A DNA stretch of 64,000 bases from positions 1-64,000 of the forward strand of contig JAVZLM010000004.1 in the NCBI GenBank assembly GCA_038883775.1, given 5' to 3'. Shown here piece by piece: positions 37,738-47,082 of the stretch. Under the pieces are notes generated by a model. That model was not told the DNA's origin and did no database searches. It saw only the letters and a list, made by a program, of their open reading frames with translations. A program made the translations under genes and the position numbers. Position 1 is the stretch's first letter; each line of letters opens with the position of its first letter. Origin of the DNA: Candidatus Bathyarchaeia archaeon (GTDB taxonomy: Archaea; Thermoproteota; Bathyarchaeia; Bathyarchaeales; Bathycorpusculaceae).

Positions 37738-39810
37738 TTACGGGTCCTTTTCTCCGTATCTGCTTGTTGCTATGACAATATCGTAAATGTTTATTACGCC
37801 ATCGTCTAGCCAGTCAACATTTGGGTTATAGTTTGGCTGTCCGATTGTGGAGCCATATGTGCTTGTTATCAAAACAACATCATAAATGTCTATGTCTCCG
37901 TCAGCGTCAGCGTCCCCTGGTGTCACTATGCAAACCCATCCGTTGATGTAGTTGTTGTTGGCTTCCTCTGTTTCGCCCCGAACTGGGGGGATGTAAGCTG
38001 TTATTGTATAGTTTCCTTTCGTGAGACCTGATGGGTGCCAACAGATTATTACTGTTGTCGAGTTTTTACCGGTTATGGTTAATTCGTACGTGCCTATGGT
38101 TGTTGTGTTAGCGTAAAGTGTTAAGTGGAAGGTCTCTGTTATGTCGCCATTATTTTGAACTGTTACGGAGATTTTCAGTCTATAGCCTTCTCCGACAAGC
38201 GTTTTTTCGAGGTGGACATCTGCGATGGCAATGTCGCAGATGATGACTTTAACCTCAACCATGCCGTTAACATAATGATTATTCTCCGCATTTCTTTCGC
38301 CGGAGATTGGAGACGCATATGCGCTTATTGTATAGTTTCCCAACGCAATATTTGTGGCGTTCCATAGGAATGTTATTGTTTTTATGTTGTCCGGTGCAAG
38401 GTTGGAGACCGTTTGCGTTCCAATGGGGTTAGAATCGTAGTAAACGGTGACGTTGAAGGTTTCTGTGAAGTATCCCAGATTTGCAACAGAAACATTTATG
38501 GTCAAGAAATCCCAACCCTGCCCTAAAACGGTTTTTGAAGGAGAAACATTCGCTATGGAAACGTCGTGGAAGGGCATAACTTTAACAACCCAGAAATCAC
38601 TCTTACCAGCCCCATACGAATATGTGTAGCCAGCTGCCACATATCCTCCATCGCTTGTCTGCTGAACAGACAGCGCCCCTTCCGATCCAACTCCGCCAAA
38701 GGCTTTATTCCATTCCATGTTTCCGTAAGCGTCAACCTTAACAAGCCAAGCGTCATATTCCCCAGATCCAATTGATTTCGTTTTTCCAGCAATTATGTAC
38801 CCTCCATCAAAGGTCTTCTGAATTTCACATCCAACATCATCTTGACTCCCACCATACGTTTTATTCCATTCCATGTTTCCGTAAGCGTCAACCTTAACAA
38901 GCCAAGCGTCATATTCCCCAGATCCAAAAGACTTTGTTGAACCAATAACGATGTACCCTCCATCACTCGTCTGTAAAACATATGAAGCAAAGTCGCTCTC
39001 GGCTCCACCATACGTTTTATTCCATTCCATGTTTCCGTAAGCGTCAACCTTAACAAGCCAGAAATCTTCCATTTGACCAACTGCACTAGTGTAGCCGGCC
39101 ATTATGTATCCTGTGTCACTTGTTTGTTTAACATCCCACGCTTCTTGGAATAAAGCATCTCCATACGTTTTATTCCATTCCATGTTTCCGTAAGCGTCAA
39201 CCTTAACAAGCCAAGCGTCATAGTTGCCAGCCCCAAACGACCTAGTCCAGCCAGCAACAGCGTACCCCCCATCGCTTGTCTGCTGAACAGAATAGGCCAA
39301 ATCCCAATCCTGTCCGCCACAGGTTTTATTCCACTTCACGTTACCCTCTGAATCTACCTTAACAAGCAGAAAATCATCCCGTAAAGCTCCTATTTCAGGG
39401 ATAAAAACAGCCGTTCGTCCAGCCATTATGTATCCTCCGTCACTTGTCTGCTGAGCCGAATACGCCATGTCTGCGTATGTCCCACCGTACGTTCTATTCC
39501 ACAACGTGTTTCCGTACGCGTCGGTTTTAATCAGCCAAAAATCTGAAGATCCAATGCTGAAAGAGCCAGTCCACCCAACAATCGCGTAGCCTCCATCACC
39601 GGTCTCATGAACCCAATAAGCTACGTCAAGTTGGCTTCCACCATACGTTTGGTTCCATTCCACAATCGAATTTTGCACCAGTACTTTTTTGGTCTCGCCT
39701 ACACCAAAGCTTAAAGCCTCATCAAGCCAAAAGGTGTCACGACAAAAATTAACCAATAACCCTGCCAAAAGAATCATAATAGAAGCTAAGACAATAGCGA
39801 TCTTCACCAA
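37738..39810 (-). CDS. Secreted beta-propeller repeat protein with two CARDB-like domains and C-terminal dockerin-like domain
   Basis: Signal peptide; seven WNKTYGG..QTSDGGY repeats; HDVSI/CDIAI..GNYTI CARDB; GDADADGDIDIYD and DWLDDGVINIYD. Confidence 0.85.
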   Translation of the reverse strand: MVKIAIVLASIMILLAGLLVNFCRDTFWLDEALSFGVGETKKVLVQNSIVEWNQTYGGSQLDVAYWVHETGDGGYAIVGWTGSFSIGSSDFWLIKTDAYGNTLWNRTYGGTYADMAYSAQQTSDGGYIMAGRTAVFIPEIGALRDDFLLVKVDSEGNVKWNKTCGGQDWDLAYSVQQTSDGGYAVAGWTRSFGAGNYDAWLVKVDAYGNMEWNKTYGDALFQEAWDVKQTSDTGYIMAGYTSAVGQMEDFWLVKVDAYGNMEWNKTYGGAESDFASYVLQTSDGGYIVIGSTKSFGSGEYDAWLVKVDAYGNMEWNKTYGGSQDDVGCEIQKTFDGGYIIAGKTKSIGSGEYDAWLVKVDAYGNMEWNKAFGGVGSEGALSVQQTSDGGYVAAGYTYSYGAGKSDFWVVKVMPFHDVSIANVSPSKTVLGQGWDFLTINVSVANLGYFTETFNVTVYYDSNPIGTQTVSNLAPDNIKTITFLWNATNIALGNYTISAYASPISGERNAENNHYVNGMVEVKVIICDIAIADVHLEKTLVGEGYRLKISVTVQNNGDITETFHLTLYANTTTIGTYELTITGKNSTTVIICWHPSGLTKGNYTITAYIPPVRGETEEANNNYINGWVCIVTPGDADADGDIDIYDVVLITSTYGSTIGQPNYNPNVDWLDDGVINIYDIVIATSRYGEKDP
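38704..39213. repeat. Four identical 45-bp intragenic blocks
   Basis: TTTATTCCATTCCATGTTTCCGTAAGCGTCAACCTTAACAAGCCA at 38704, 38860, 39016, 39169. Confidence 0.85.
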
Positions 39811-39923
39811 TCATCTCCAACATTCTTAGAGAGGCAACTCTTATTTTAGGATAACGTTGCAAAGCTTAAATATGACATAAGTCAAAAATATTGAAGAAAT
39901 GTATATGTGTATATTAAAAAAAA

Positions 39924-42900
39924 TTGATCAACAAACTTGTGCTTGCCATGATTCTGACAAGCTCATTAACATCTTTTAATGTCCCGTTTATAAAAGCACA
40001 AATTAGGGATAAAGCGACTGCAATAAAGTTTCTAGAGGATATTGTAGGCCTCAAAATGGATGCTTATGATATTTGGTTTGAAGCTGAAGGCAGTTACGTT
40101 TCAGAATTCTCAGGACATTTGGAGACCTATTTTAATATAAGACTTCGTAGTGTAAATGGAGAACTTTGCGCCAATTTTGTCTTTGTAGATGGCAATGTAT
40201 ACTTCTACGCGTTGGAGAGAACATCCTCAAATGCGCTGTTGATGTTAGACTATTCTGAAAAGGATTACGTTTATATTGTAAATAGGGCACTTCAACAATA
40301 TCAGCTCAGCTTTAATAAACCCTACTACGCTGGCTTCGCCAAAATGCTTGAAAACGTCACGATCTTTCAGAACCAAACAATAGAAATAGACTCTATTACC
40401 CTTACATTGATGCACACAGAACATGACATTTGCCTATACTGGTGTAGCAACATAGATGGCACAGAAGTTCCAGACAAAACCTTCTCCATGCGCATATCTA
40501 AGGATGGTTTCATCGATAGGTTTTCGGATGGTTGGGAGATTAACAAGATAGCCACTATGAACGTTAATGTGTCAAGAGGAGAAGCGCTGAACTTTGCTTA
40601 CGGCATTGCTAAACCATATGCTGACAAAATTGGTGCCAAAATAGTGGCTAATGAGACAACGCTACATTTTTCAAGGGACATTTCACGAAAGCGCGATGAT
40701 TATTACGTGATCTATCCTTTATGGACGGTAAACTTTGAATTTAATAGCGCCGTCAAAGGCATATGTGGATATTCAGTGGGTATATGGGCAGATAATGGCG
40801 AACTTTATTATAAAGCTCCGCAAGCGTTCTATGGGCGTTCAGCCACCATACTTGGCTCATCAGACCCCTTAGACGAACAATTACGACAAGATGTTACATT
40901 GTGTATACAAAGCAGTTTCATAACCGACCCTGCTTATGATACTGTATACTATTGGTACGGGGACAACACCACAAAGGAGAACATATATATTGCTGCTACA
41001 GGGGCCGGACGAAACTATTCTATATCATTTTACGTAGGCCATGGCGAAAAATATACGGAAACTGATGGAACTACACATTGGAGAATATACGATCATGACT
41101 GCACCCAAGTAATAAGGGATACGGATATATTTCCATACTCTGTTAATCAGCGAGTAAGGTTTGTGTTTTTATGGGCTTGTTATCAAGGGGACTACATTGG
41201 AGGAAATGATTCATCAGGTAATCCTCAAGGAATGCCCTATGCGTGGCTTCATACAACAAATCTGAGTAAATATGGGTACAAGACTCCTGATTATGGCGGC
41301 TATACATTTATAGGATTCTATGGTCTATCTCCAGCCTTAACAACGCCACTGGATGGTAAACCTAACGCCAGTTACTGGTTTTTACGCTACTTCTACAATG
41401 AAGCGTTGTACCCTCGAGCTTACAATTTGAGAACCTCCCTTGATCGCGCTTCCCTTGAGCTATGGGGTAAGTACTTTGGCAGCTGTATATTGTATAACGG
41501 ATATGCGTGTCCTCAAGGTCAAGGTCAAATGGTGGTTTACGGCGACGGATCTATGTTCATTGGCACAATATCACAACTAACAGTGCGAACATACGCGCGC
41601 AATGAAATCGGTGAACCTTATGAAGAGATCGAAAATGTGACAGTTTGGGTGAACGGAACAAAATATCTTTCTCCAGCTTTCGTCGCAGTCCATGAAGGAA
41701 TATACAACGTTACCGTACCTTTAAAGTCTTACTCTCCTCAAGGGGACTTACTTTACAAGTTTGAGCGTTGGGAAAACCACAACACAAACAATTCAAGGAT
41801 TCTGAACGTTAAAAGCGACACGAGTCTAAGCGCTTATTATTTCGCGGAAACTAACGATTCTCCATTAACTCCGCATAAACCCAGCGGCAACACTTCAATA
41901 TACACGGTCCAACAGTACGCGTATACCACTAAGACCATAGATCCTGAAGGCGATTTGGTTTACTACAACTTCAGTTGGGGTGATGGCACTTATACTATGG
42001 TGGGTCCGTTTAAGTCGAATGAAACTGCAAGTGCTTCTCATACATGGGATCTTGGCGGAACATATAACATTACAGTTAAAGCCATAGATCCAGGAGGAAA
42101 AGAGAGCAGCTGGTCTGAACCGCTAGAAGTCAGCACTATTAATAGGCCGCCAAGCATTCCCTTGAAACCTTGGTGCCACACTTACACTGGATATGTTGGC
42201 GTTTCATACACGTGGAGCACAAGCACAATAGACCTTGAGGGAGACAACGTTTGTTACCTTTTCGATTGGAGCGACGGCTCAACAAGCTTAGTGGGTCCAT
42301 ACGCTTCGGGCGTTACAGCTTCAGCAACCCACAATTGGACTTCAACGGGAACATACTACGTTAAGGTTAAGGCCAAGGACGTTCATGGAAACTGGAGCGA
42401 TTGGTCTCCAAGCCAAACCATGAACATCATAGAAACGCCACCACCAAGCGGCTGCCCATTTGTCTATGTTTGGAACGGCACGCATTATGTCATTGATAAT
42501 AACGTTTTGCCAGCTGCTGAAGACTCTGGCGGACTTGATGTTAATGATTACTATGTGCTTCATCAGCCTCTCACTCCAACATTTCAAGGCGCATACCACG
42601 CGATTTACTCGCTAAAATTGTGCGAATTTGGACAAGAACACGACTATATAGACCGGGTTAGGCTTTTTGCTGTTGATCACGCTGTAGGCGTTAATGTGGC
42701 AGTTAGCCCATACGGCGAAATCCTAACATACGCCAATCCAGCCTCGCCCACAACTGCTGTAGATAACAACGGCATTGACGTTTTATCGTTGTTGAATGCT
42801 ATGGATGGAAGCTATTATCAGGGCTATAATGGAAGCTACGTAACATTAACATTCGCAGGCTCTGACGTTTCCAACGGCGCAAAACTTGTCATAAGGGAGG

Positions 42901-43328
42901 ACGGACCAGTGAGAAAATGTCCCATCCACGTTCAAGTGTTGAATGTATCTGGCTATTGGGAGAATGTGGCCACATTCTATACTAGGCATTATTGGACCAC
43001 CGACGTAATCAACATGACTGGCTGCTTGCCGGACGCTGAAGGAAAAATGCGCGTCAGACTGTGCTTCGTGGACGTGGACAGAATAGACTATGTAGGCTTA
43101 GACACAAGCCCACAAGCAGAAATCCAAATGCAAGAGGCTTATCTGGTTTCAGCATACCACTCTCAAGAAGGCCTTGTAACGTTAAAGCTGCTCTGTAACG
43201 ACAACATATACGCAGAACTAACTCCACAACAACAAATAAAATTAACATTCATCCTACTCGCGCAACCAAATGAAACCAGAACGTTCATATTCTACGCTGA
43301 AGGCCACTACTACACCATAACAGGCTAA
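39924..43328 (+). CDS. Large secreted multidomain protein: possible clan CD cysteine-peptidase-like domain, two PKD domains, C-terminal GCPF domain
   Basis: Signal peptide; FYVGHG and FLWAC; FSWGDGT and FDWSDGS PKD repeats. Confidence 0.7.
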   Translation: MINKLVLAMILTSSLTSFNVPFIKAQIRDKATAIKFLEDIVGLKMDAYDIWFEAEGSYVSEFSGHLETYFNIRLRSVNGELCANFVFVDGNVYFYALERTSSNALLMLDYSEKDYVYIVNRALQQYQLSFNKPYYAGFAKMLENVTIFQNQTIEIDSITLTLMHTEHDICLYWCSNIDGTEVPDKTFSMRISKDGFIDRFSDGWEINKIATMNVNVSRGEALNFAYGIAKPYADKIGAKIVANETTLHFSRDISRKRDDYYVIYPLWTVNFEFNSAVKGICGYSVGIWADNGELYYKAPQAFYGRSATILGSSDPLDEQLRQDVTLCIQSSFITDPAYDTVYYWYGDNTTKENIYIAATGAGRNYSISFYVGHGEKYTETDGTTHWRIYDHDCTQVIRDTDIFPYSVNQRVRFVFLWACYQGDYIGGNDSSGNPQGMPYAWLHTTNLSKYGYKTPDYGGYTFIGFYGLSPALTTPLDGKPNASYWFLRYFYNEALYPRAYNLRTSLDRASLELWGKYFGSCILYNGYACPQGQGQMVVYGDGSMFIGTISQLTVRTYARNEIGEPYEEIENVTVWVNGTKYLSPAFVAVHEGIYNVTVPLKSYSPQGDLLYKFERWENHNTNNSRILNVKSDTSLSAYYFAETNDSPLTPHKPSGNTSIYTVQQYAYTTKTIDPEGDLVYYNFSWGDGTYTMVGPFKSNETASASHTWDLGGTYNITVKAIDPGGKESSWSEPLEVSTINRPPSIPLKPWCHTYTGYVGVSYTWSTSTIDLEGDNVCYLFDWSDGSTSLVGPYASGVTASATHNWTSTGTYYVKVKAKDVHGNWSDWSPSQTMNIIETPPPSGCPFVYVWNGTHYVIDNNVLPAAEDSGGLDVNDYYVLHQPLTPTFQGAYHAIYSLKLCEFGQEHDYIDRVRLFAVDHAVGVNVAVSPYGEILTYANPASPTTAVDNNGIDVLSLLNAMDGSYYQGYNGSYVTLTFAGSDVSNGAKLVIREDGPVRKCPIHVQVLNVSGYWENVATFYTRHYWTTDVINMTGCLPDAEGKMRVRLCFVDVDRIDYVGLDTSPQAEIQMQEAYLVSAYHSQEGLVTLKLLCNDNIYAELTPQQQIKLTFILLAQPNETRTFIFYAEGHYYTITG

Positions 43329-43376
43329 AATCAAAGAAAAAGTGAGTTTGCGGGGGAGATTTCGCCAAGCATGCCG

Positions 43377-43398
43377 ATAGCCGTGGTAAAGGGCTAAC
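43377..43398 (+). repeat. attR direct repeat (copy of rtcB 3' end)
   Basis: Identical to 31480..31501; extends to 25 bp with one synonymous mismatch (CCA/CCG). Confidence 0.93.
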
Positions 43399-43400
43399 CG

Positions 43401-43808
43401 CTAAGCTTTCCTTTTCCTTGTTTTCAGCTCTTGTTCTCCGTAGCCTTGTTCAGAACTTAGTTTCCTTTGGATTTTTATTCGCTTTTCTTCTATCGAATGC
43501 GCCTTATGTATTTCCTTCATGTACCATCCTCTTTCCCTTGCATAATGAACGCTTACCATGATTCCAGCTAAGAGTAAGACCAAACCAATGGACGTTAAAG
43601 TTAAACCTAATAGGCTGTAGGGATGTGGTGTCAAATGGTATGGAATTATCAAAAGCCACTCTGGATTCTCAACTTTTATAACAGTTTCAAGTAATCCGCC
43701 CACAAAAAATATGGAGCCTATTATGATTATTAAATAGCCAACCGTTTCATTATGCCTTGATTCTTCCGCCTTTTCATGCAAATATTCGCTAAAAAGCATC
43801 AAAATCAC
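43401..43808 (-). CDS. Hypothetical membrane protein
   Basis: Two TM segments; stop codon 2 bp outside attR, so convergent with rtcB in the empty site. Confidence 0.7.
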   Translation of the reverse strand: MILMLFSEYLHEKAEESRHNETVGYLIIIIGSIFFVGGLLETVIKVENPEWLLIIPYHLTPHPYSLLGLTLTSIGLVLLLAGIMVSVHYARERGWYMKEIHKAHSIEEKRIKIQRKLSSEQGYGEQELKTRKRKA

Positions 43809-43900
43809 GGTTTGAGCAGCGGCATGGTTATCTATAAACTTTATTGCGACTTCCGAATAGGTTTATAACAAATGCCTCAAATAGTTATTAAACAAATGCC

Positions 43901-44593
43901 TTGCGTTTACTTGGGGTTTGGATGCCGTTAAAGGATGAATGTGGAATATGCGGCAGGGTTCTTCCTTATGCCTATCTTAGGCGCTGTCAAAGATGTGGAA
44001 AACTTTTCTGTAAAGATTGCATGGTTCCAGATGTTTCTACAAGTGATCCCACAAGAATGTTATGTCTCCATTGCGCAAGAAAAATAGTTTCGCCGAAATC
44101 CACAACAAAATATGGAGCGCTTACAAACTATCTAAAATTTAGGGCAACCTTCACCAACACCGTTAAGCTTTCCCTTGCTGAAATAGATGGGATAATAAAG
44201 GATAACCTGCCCATAAACGCATATAAAAACGAGGAATGGTGGAATAACAACCCAGCAAACGCTCATGCTAAGGCTTGGATCGACGTCGGATGGAAGGTGC
44301 AAGAGACAAATTTGAAAGAAGGCTATGTGATCTTTCAAAAAGTAAAGGAAGTAAAGGCAAAAGGGTTTAAGAAAAAAGCCAATGGGAAAGAAATCAAAAA
44401 GCCTTTTACACCCGTTTCCGCCCGGTTTCCAAAAAGCAAAAAACCATCAAAAACAAAAGTTTCAAAACTCTATGCCAGACTAAAAAATATAGAAAGACAA
44501 AGAAAAAACATGCCAGTATATCCGGGCAGTTTCAAACCAAAACCCACCCACGAGAAAAAACTTTTCAAGCCAGAAAAGAAACCTCAATCATAA
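43901..44593 (+). CDS. Zinc-finger protein with central W-rich domain and basic tail
   Basis: Four CxxC pairs; KYGALTNYL..WWNN..AWIDVGW. Confidence 0.7.
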   Translation: MRLLGVWMPLKDECGICGRVLPYAYLRRCQRCGKLFCKDCMVPDVSTSDPTRMLCLHCARKIVSPKSTTKYGALTNYLKFRATFTNTVKLSLAEIDGIIKDNLPINAYKNEEWWNNNPANAHAKAWIDVGWKVQETNLKEGYVIFQKVKEVKAKGFKKKANGKEIKKPFTPVSARFPKSKKPSKTKVSKLYARLKNIERQRKNMPVYPGSFKPKPTHEKKLFKPEKKPQS

Positions 44594-44647
44594 AAAGAAA
44601 TTTTATCTATCCCCGTTCTAAATATTCAATACAGAAAATGGTGAAAA

Positions 44648-44725
44648 GCGGTCGTCGTCTAGTCTGGTTAGGACACAAGCCTTCCAAGCTTGCGATCCCG
44701 GGTTCAAATCCCGGCGACCGCACCA
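44648..44725 (+). tRNA. tRNA-Gly (UCC)
   Basis: GCGGTCG..CGACCGC-A-CCA; anticodon stem CAAGC/GCTTG with loop CTTCCAA. Confidence 0.96.
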
Positions 44726-44759
44726 CCATCCTTGGTTTGGGTGAGATAAGATACTTTTA

Positions 44760-45911
44760 TTATATTGCTTCGTAAACTTTTTCGCCCTTCAAAAAAACCA
44801 TTTCAACTTTTGATTTCACTTTTAATGGATCATCTGAAAACACAACAATGTCAGCATCTTTTCCAGGCTCCAAACTTCCAACCTTGTCGCCTATTCCTAT
44901 AGCTTCCGCCGGGTTTATCGTTATAGCTTTTAACGCTTCTTTACGATTCATTCCATTTATAACAGCCACAATAGCGGATATTCTCAGGTATTTCTCTGCA
45001 ATTACTGGATGATCTGTCATTATAGAAGTTTTAACTCCCTTAGATGATAAAATAGCAGGAATTTCATCTGAAACATATTTATACATTTGAGAGAGTCTAG
45101 CTATCATAAGAGGCCCAGATATAACTGGAATGTTTGCTTCAGCAAGCTTTTCAGCTACTATTTGCGATCCAAAGCCGTGGTCTATGGTTACCTTAATATT
45201 AAATTCCTTAGCTATATTTATAACAGCTAATATTTCATCAGGATCCAAAGATGTATGGATTCTGGCGGGAATCTCTCTTCTTAGAACTCTTGACAAGGCT
45301 TGATAGGCAATTTCTTCCTCTCCTACTATTTTTTCAGTTTTAAGTTTTCCTTCCATGTATCTCTTTGCGTTTTGGAGCATACTCCTTAGCAATGCAATTG
45401 TACCCATTTTGGTGGTTGGATACGGTAGTTTTGACTTCATCTCTCTCTTTCTTTTTGCGCCGGTAGCCATTTTAACACTCGCGAAATCATTTACTATCAT
45501 CTCTTCGGGAGTTTTTCCAAATGTTTTGAGAATTACGCCTATTCCTCCAATTACATTTGCGCTTCCTGGTCCTGTGTAAACTGTTGTAACTCCTCCTTCA
45601 AGGGCATCTTTAAAACCCGGATCAAAAAGGTTCACTGCATCTATAGCTCTAAGGTGTGGAGTTAATGGACTGTAAAAGTCGTTGGCGTCACCGTATTCCC
45701 AATCTAACCCCTCAGTGGTCATTCCAATGTGACTGTGCCCGTCGACCAATCCCGGTGAAATGTATTTCCCTTCAGCTTCCACAATTTCAGCCTTTTCTGG
45801 AATCTTTAAATCTTTCCCAACTTCTAATATTTTTCCTTCATCGAATATTATGACACCTTTAGGAATTGTCTGCTCTGGAGTTAATATTGTAGCTCCCACT
45901 ATGGCTTTCAC
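44760..45911 (-). CDS. Amidohydrolase family protein
   Basis: PGLVDGHSH, TDHP, GSLEPGKDAD; start placed at GTG 45911. Confidence 0.9.
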   Translation of the reverse strand: MKAIVGATILTPEQTIPKGVIIFDEGKILEVGKDLKIPEKAEIVEAEGKYISPGLVDGHSHIGMTTEGLDWEYGDANDFYSPLTPHLRAIDAVNLFDPGFKDALEGGVTTVYTGPGSANVIGGIGVILKTFGKTPEEMIVNDFASVKMATGAKRKREMKSKLPYPTTKMGTIALLRSMLQNAKRYMEGKLKTEKIVGEEEIAYQALSRVLRREIPARIHTSLDPDEILAVINIAKEFNIKVTIDHGFGSQIVAEKLAEANIPVISGPLMIARLSQMYKYVSDEIPAILSSKGVKTSIMTDHPVIAEKYLRISAIVAVINGMNRKEALKAITINPAEAIGIGDKVGSLEPGKDADIVVFSDDPLKVKSKVEMVFLKGEKVYEAI

Positions 45912-45912
45912 T

Positions 45913-47076
45913 TCAGCTCCCTCTATGAACCACTTCTCCATCTACTATAGTATACAGAACTTTGCTTTCAACCTCTGTTGGATCTCCGCTAAAGACTGTA
46001 ATGTCAGCGTCTTTTCCAGGCTCCAAACTTCCCACATAGTTAAACACTCCAGCTATCTTCGCTGCATTCAATGTTATTGGTTTCAGTCCGTTCTGCAATC
46101 CTTCTATCTCAGCCACTCCTGCTAGTATTCTCAAATATTGTATTGGAAGGGTTGGATGATCTGTGGTTAGAGCAAACAACACCCCTGCCTTCTCCAGAAT
46201 TGCTGCAGATTTTGCTGAGAGGTTAGCAAGTTCTGGTCCTCTTTTTGAAAACAATAAAGGTCCAAATACTACTGGAATTTTTTCTTTTGCTAACGTCTCT
46301 GCAATGATATAAGCTTCAGTAGCATGTTCAAATATTACGTCAAAGTCAAACTCTTTAGCCAATCTTAAAACCGCTGTCATATCTCTGGCCAGGTGAGCGT
46401 GAACCCTTGCTGGAAATTCTTTTTGCAAAAGTCCCTTAAGCGCTTCTATTTTGGGATCTTCCTCAATTTTTTCTTCTTGGAGATTCTCGTCTTGCTGCTT
46501 TTTTTTCTCCATGGATTTCTTAGTTTTTTCTAAAATGGCTCTTATGGCAGCCATTATACCCATTCTGGTGGTAGGTGAAAGTTTGAGTTCAGCTAAATAT
46601 CTTTTTGGATGCTCCCCCACAGCCATTTTGATGCCTACACATTCTTTGACTATTCTTCCGTTAATCTTGACGAAAGCGCTTCTTCCAGGAATTATGGTTA
46701 TAGGTTCTACTATCTGTCCAAAGGACATAGGTGAACCGGGATGAACAACTACAGATGTGATTCCACCCTTTGCCGCGTCAGCAAAAGCAGGATCAAATGG
46801 ATCCAAAGCATCAACTACACTTAGTTGTGGTGTCAATGGATCTGAAGTCTCAACAAAACCTTCGGTGGTTCTCTCCAAAGGTAAAACGCCTATGTGTGTG
46901 TGAGCATCTATAAGCCCAGGAGTTATCACTTTTCCTTCAATTGTTTCTGCATCGTTTGGTATTTTGACCTCTGTGCCGACGTCAACGATTTTTCCTTTTT
47001 CCACGAGAATTATTCCGTTATTTAATGTTCCCTTTTCTGAGAGAGTTTCTATTTTTTCTCCTTTTATTGCTAACAT
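45913..47076 (-). CDS. Amidohydrolase family protein (tandem paralog)
   Basis: PGLIDAHTH, EHATE, TDHP, GSLEPGKDAD. Confidence 0.9.
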   Translation of the reverse strand: MLAIKGEKIETLSEKGTLNNGIILVEKGKIVDVGTEVKIPNDAETIEGKVITPGLIDAHTHIGVLPLERTTEGFVETSDPLTPQLSVVDALDPFDPAFADAAKGGITSVVVHPGSPMSFGQIVEPITIIPGRSAFVKINGRIVKECVGIKMAVGEHPKRYLAELKLSPTTRMGIMAAIRAILEKTKKSMEKKKQQDENLQEEKIEEDPKIEALKGLLQKEFPARVHAHLARDMTAVLRLAKEFDFDVIFEHATEAYIIAETLAKEKIPVVFGPLLFSKRGPELANLSAKSAAILEKAGVLFALTTDHPTLPIQYLRILAGVAEIEGLQNGLKPITLNAAKIAGVFNYVGSLEPGKDADITVFSGDPTEVESKVLYTIVDGEVVHRGS

Positions 47077-47082
47077 TTTACT

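Larger units (their letters stand above)
31480..43398. mobile_element. ~11.9 kb integrative element inserted in the 3' end of rtcB
   Basis: 22-bp perfect terminal direct repeats, tyrosine integrase adjacent to attL, excisionase-like, RHH and ATPase genes, secreted cargo. Confidence 0.92.

Noticed and set aside
38704-39213. CRISPR array or DGR template/variable repeats
   Set aside because: Repeats are in frame within a coding propeller, spacing is ~110 bp in multiples of 3, and no cas or reverse transcriptase genes are present
31502-43376. Provirus or conjugative element
   Set aside because: No recognisable capsid, packaging ATPase, relaxase or VirB4; divergent structural proteins cannot be fully excluded without searches
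43867-43901. Direct repeat AACAAATGCCT twice, 24 bp apart
   Set aside because: Only two short copies in a divergent promoter region; could be an operator or chance, insufficient support
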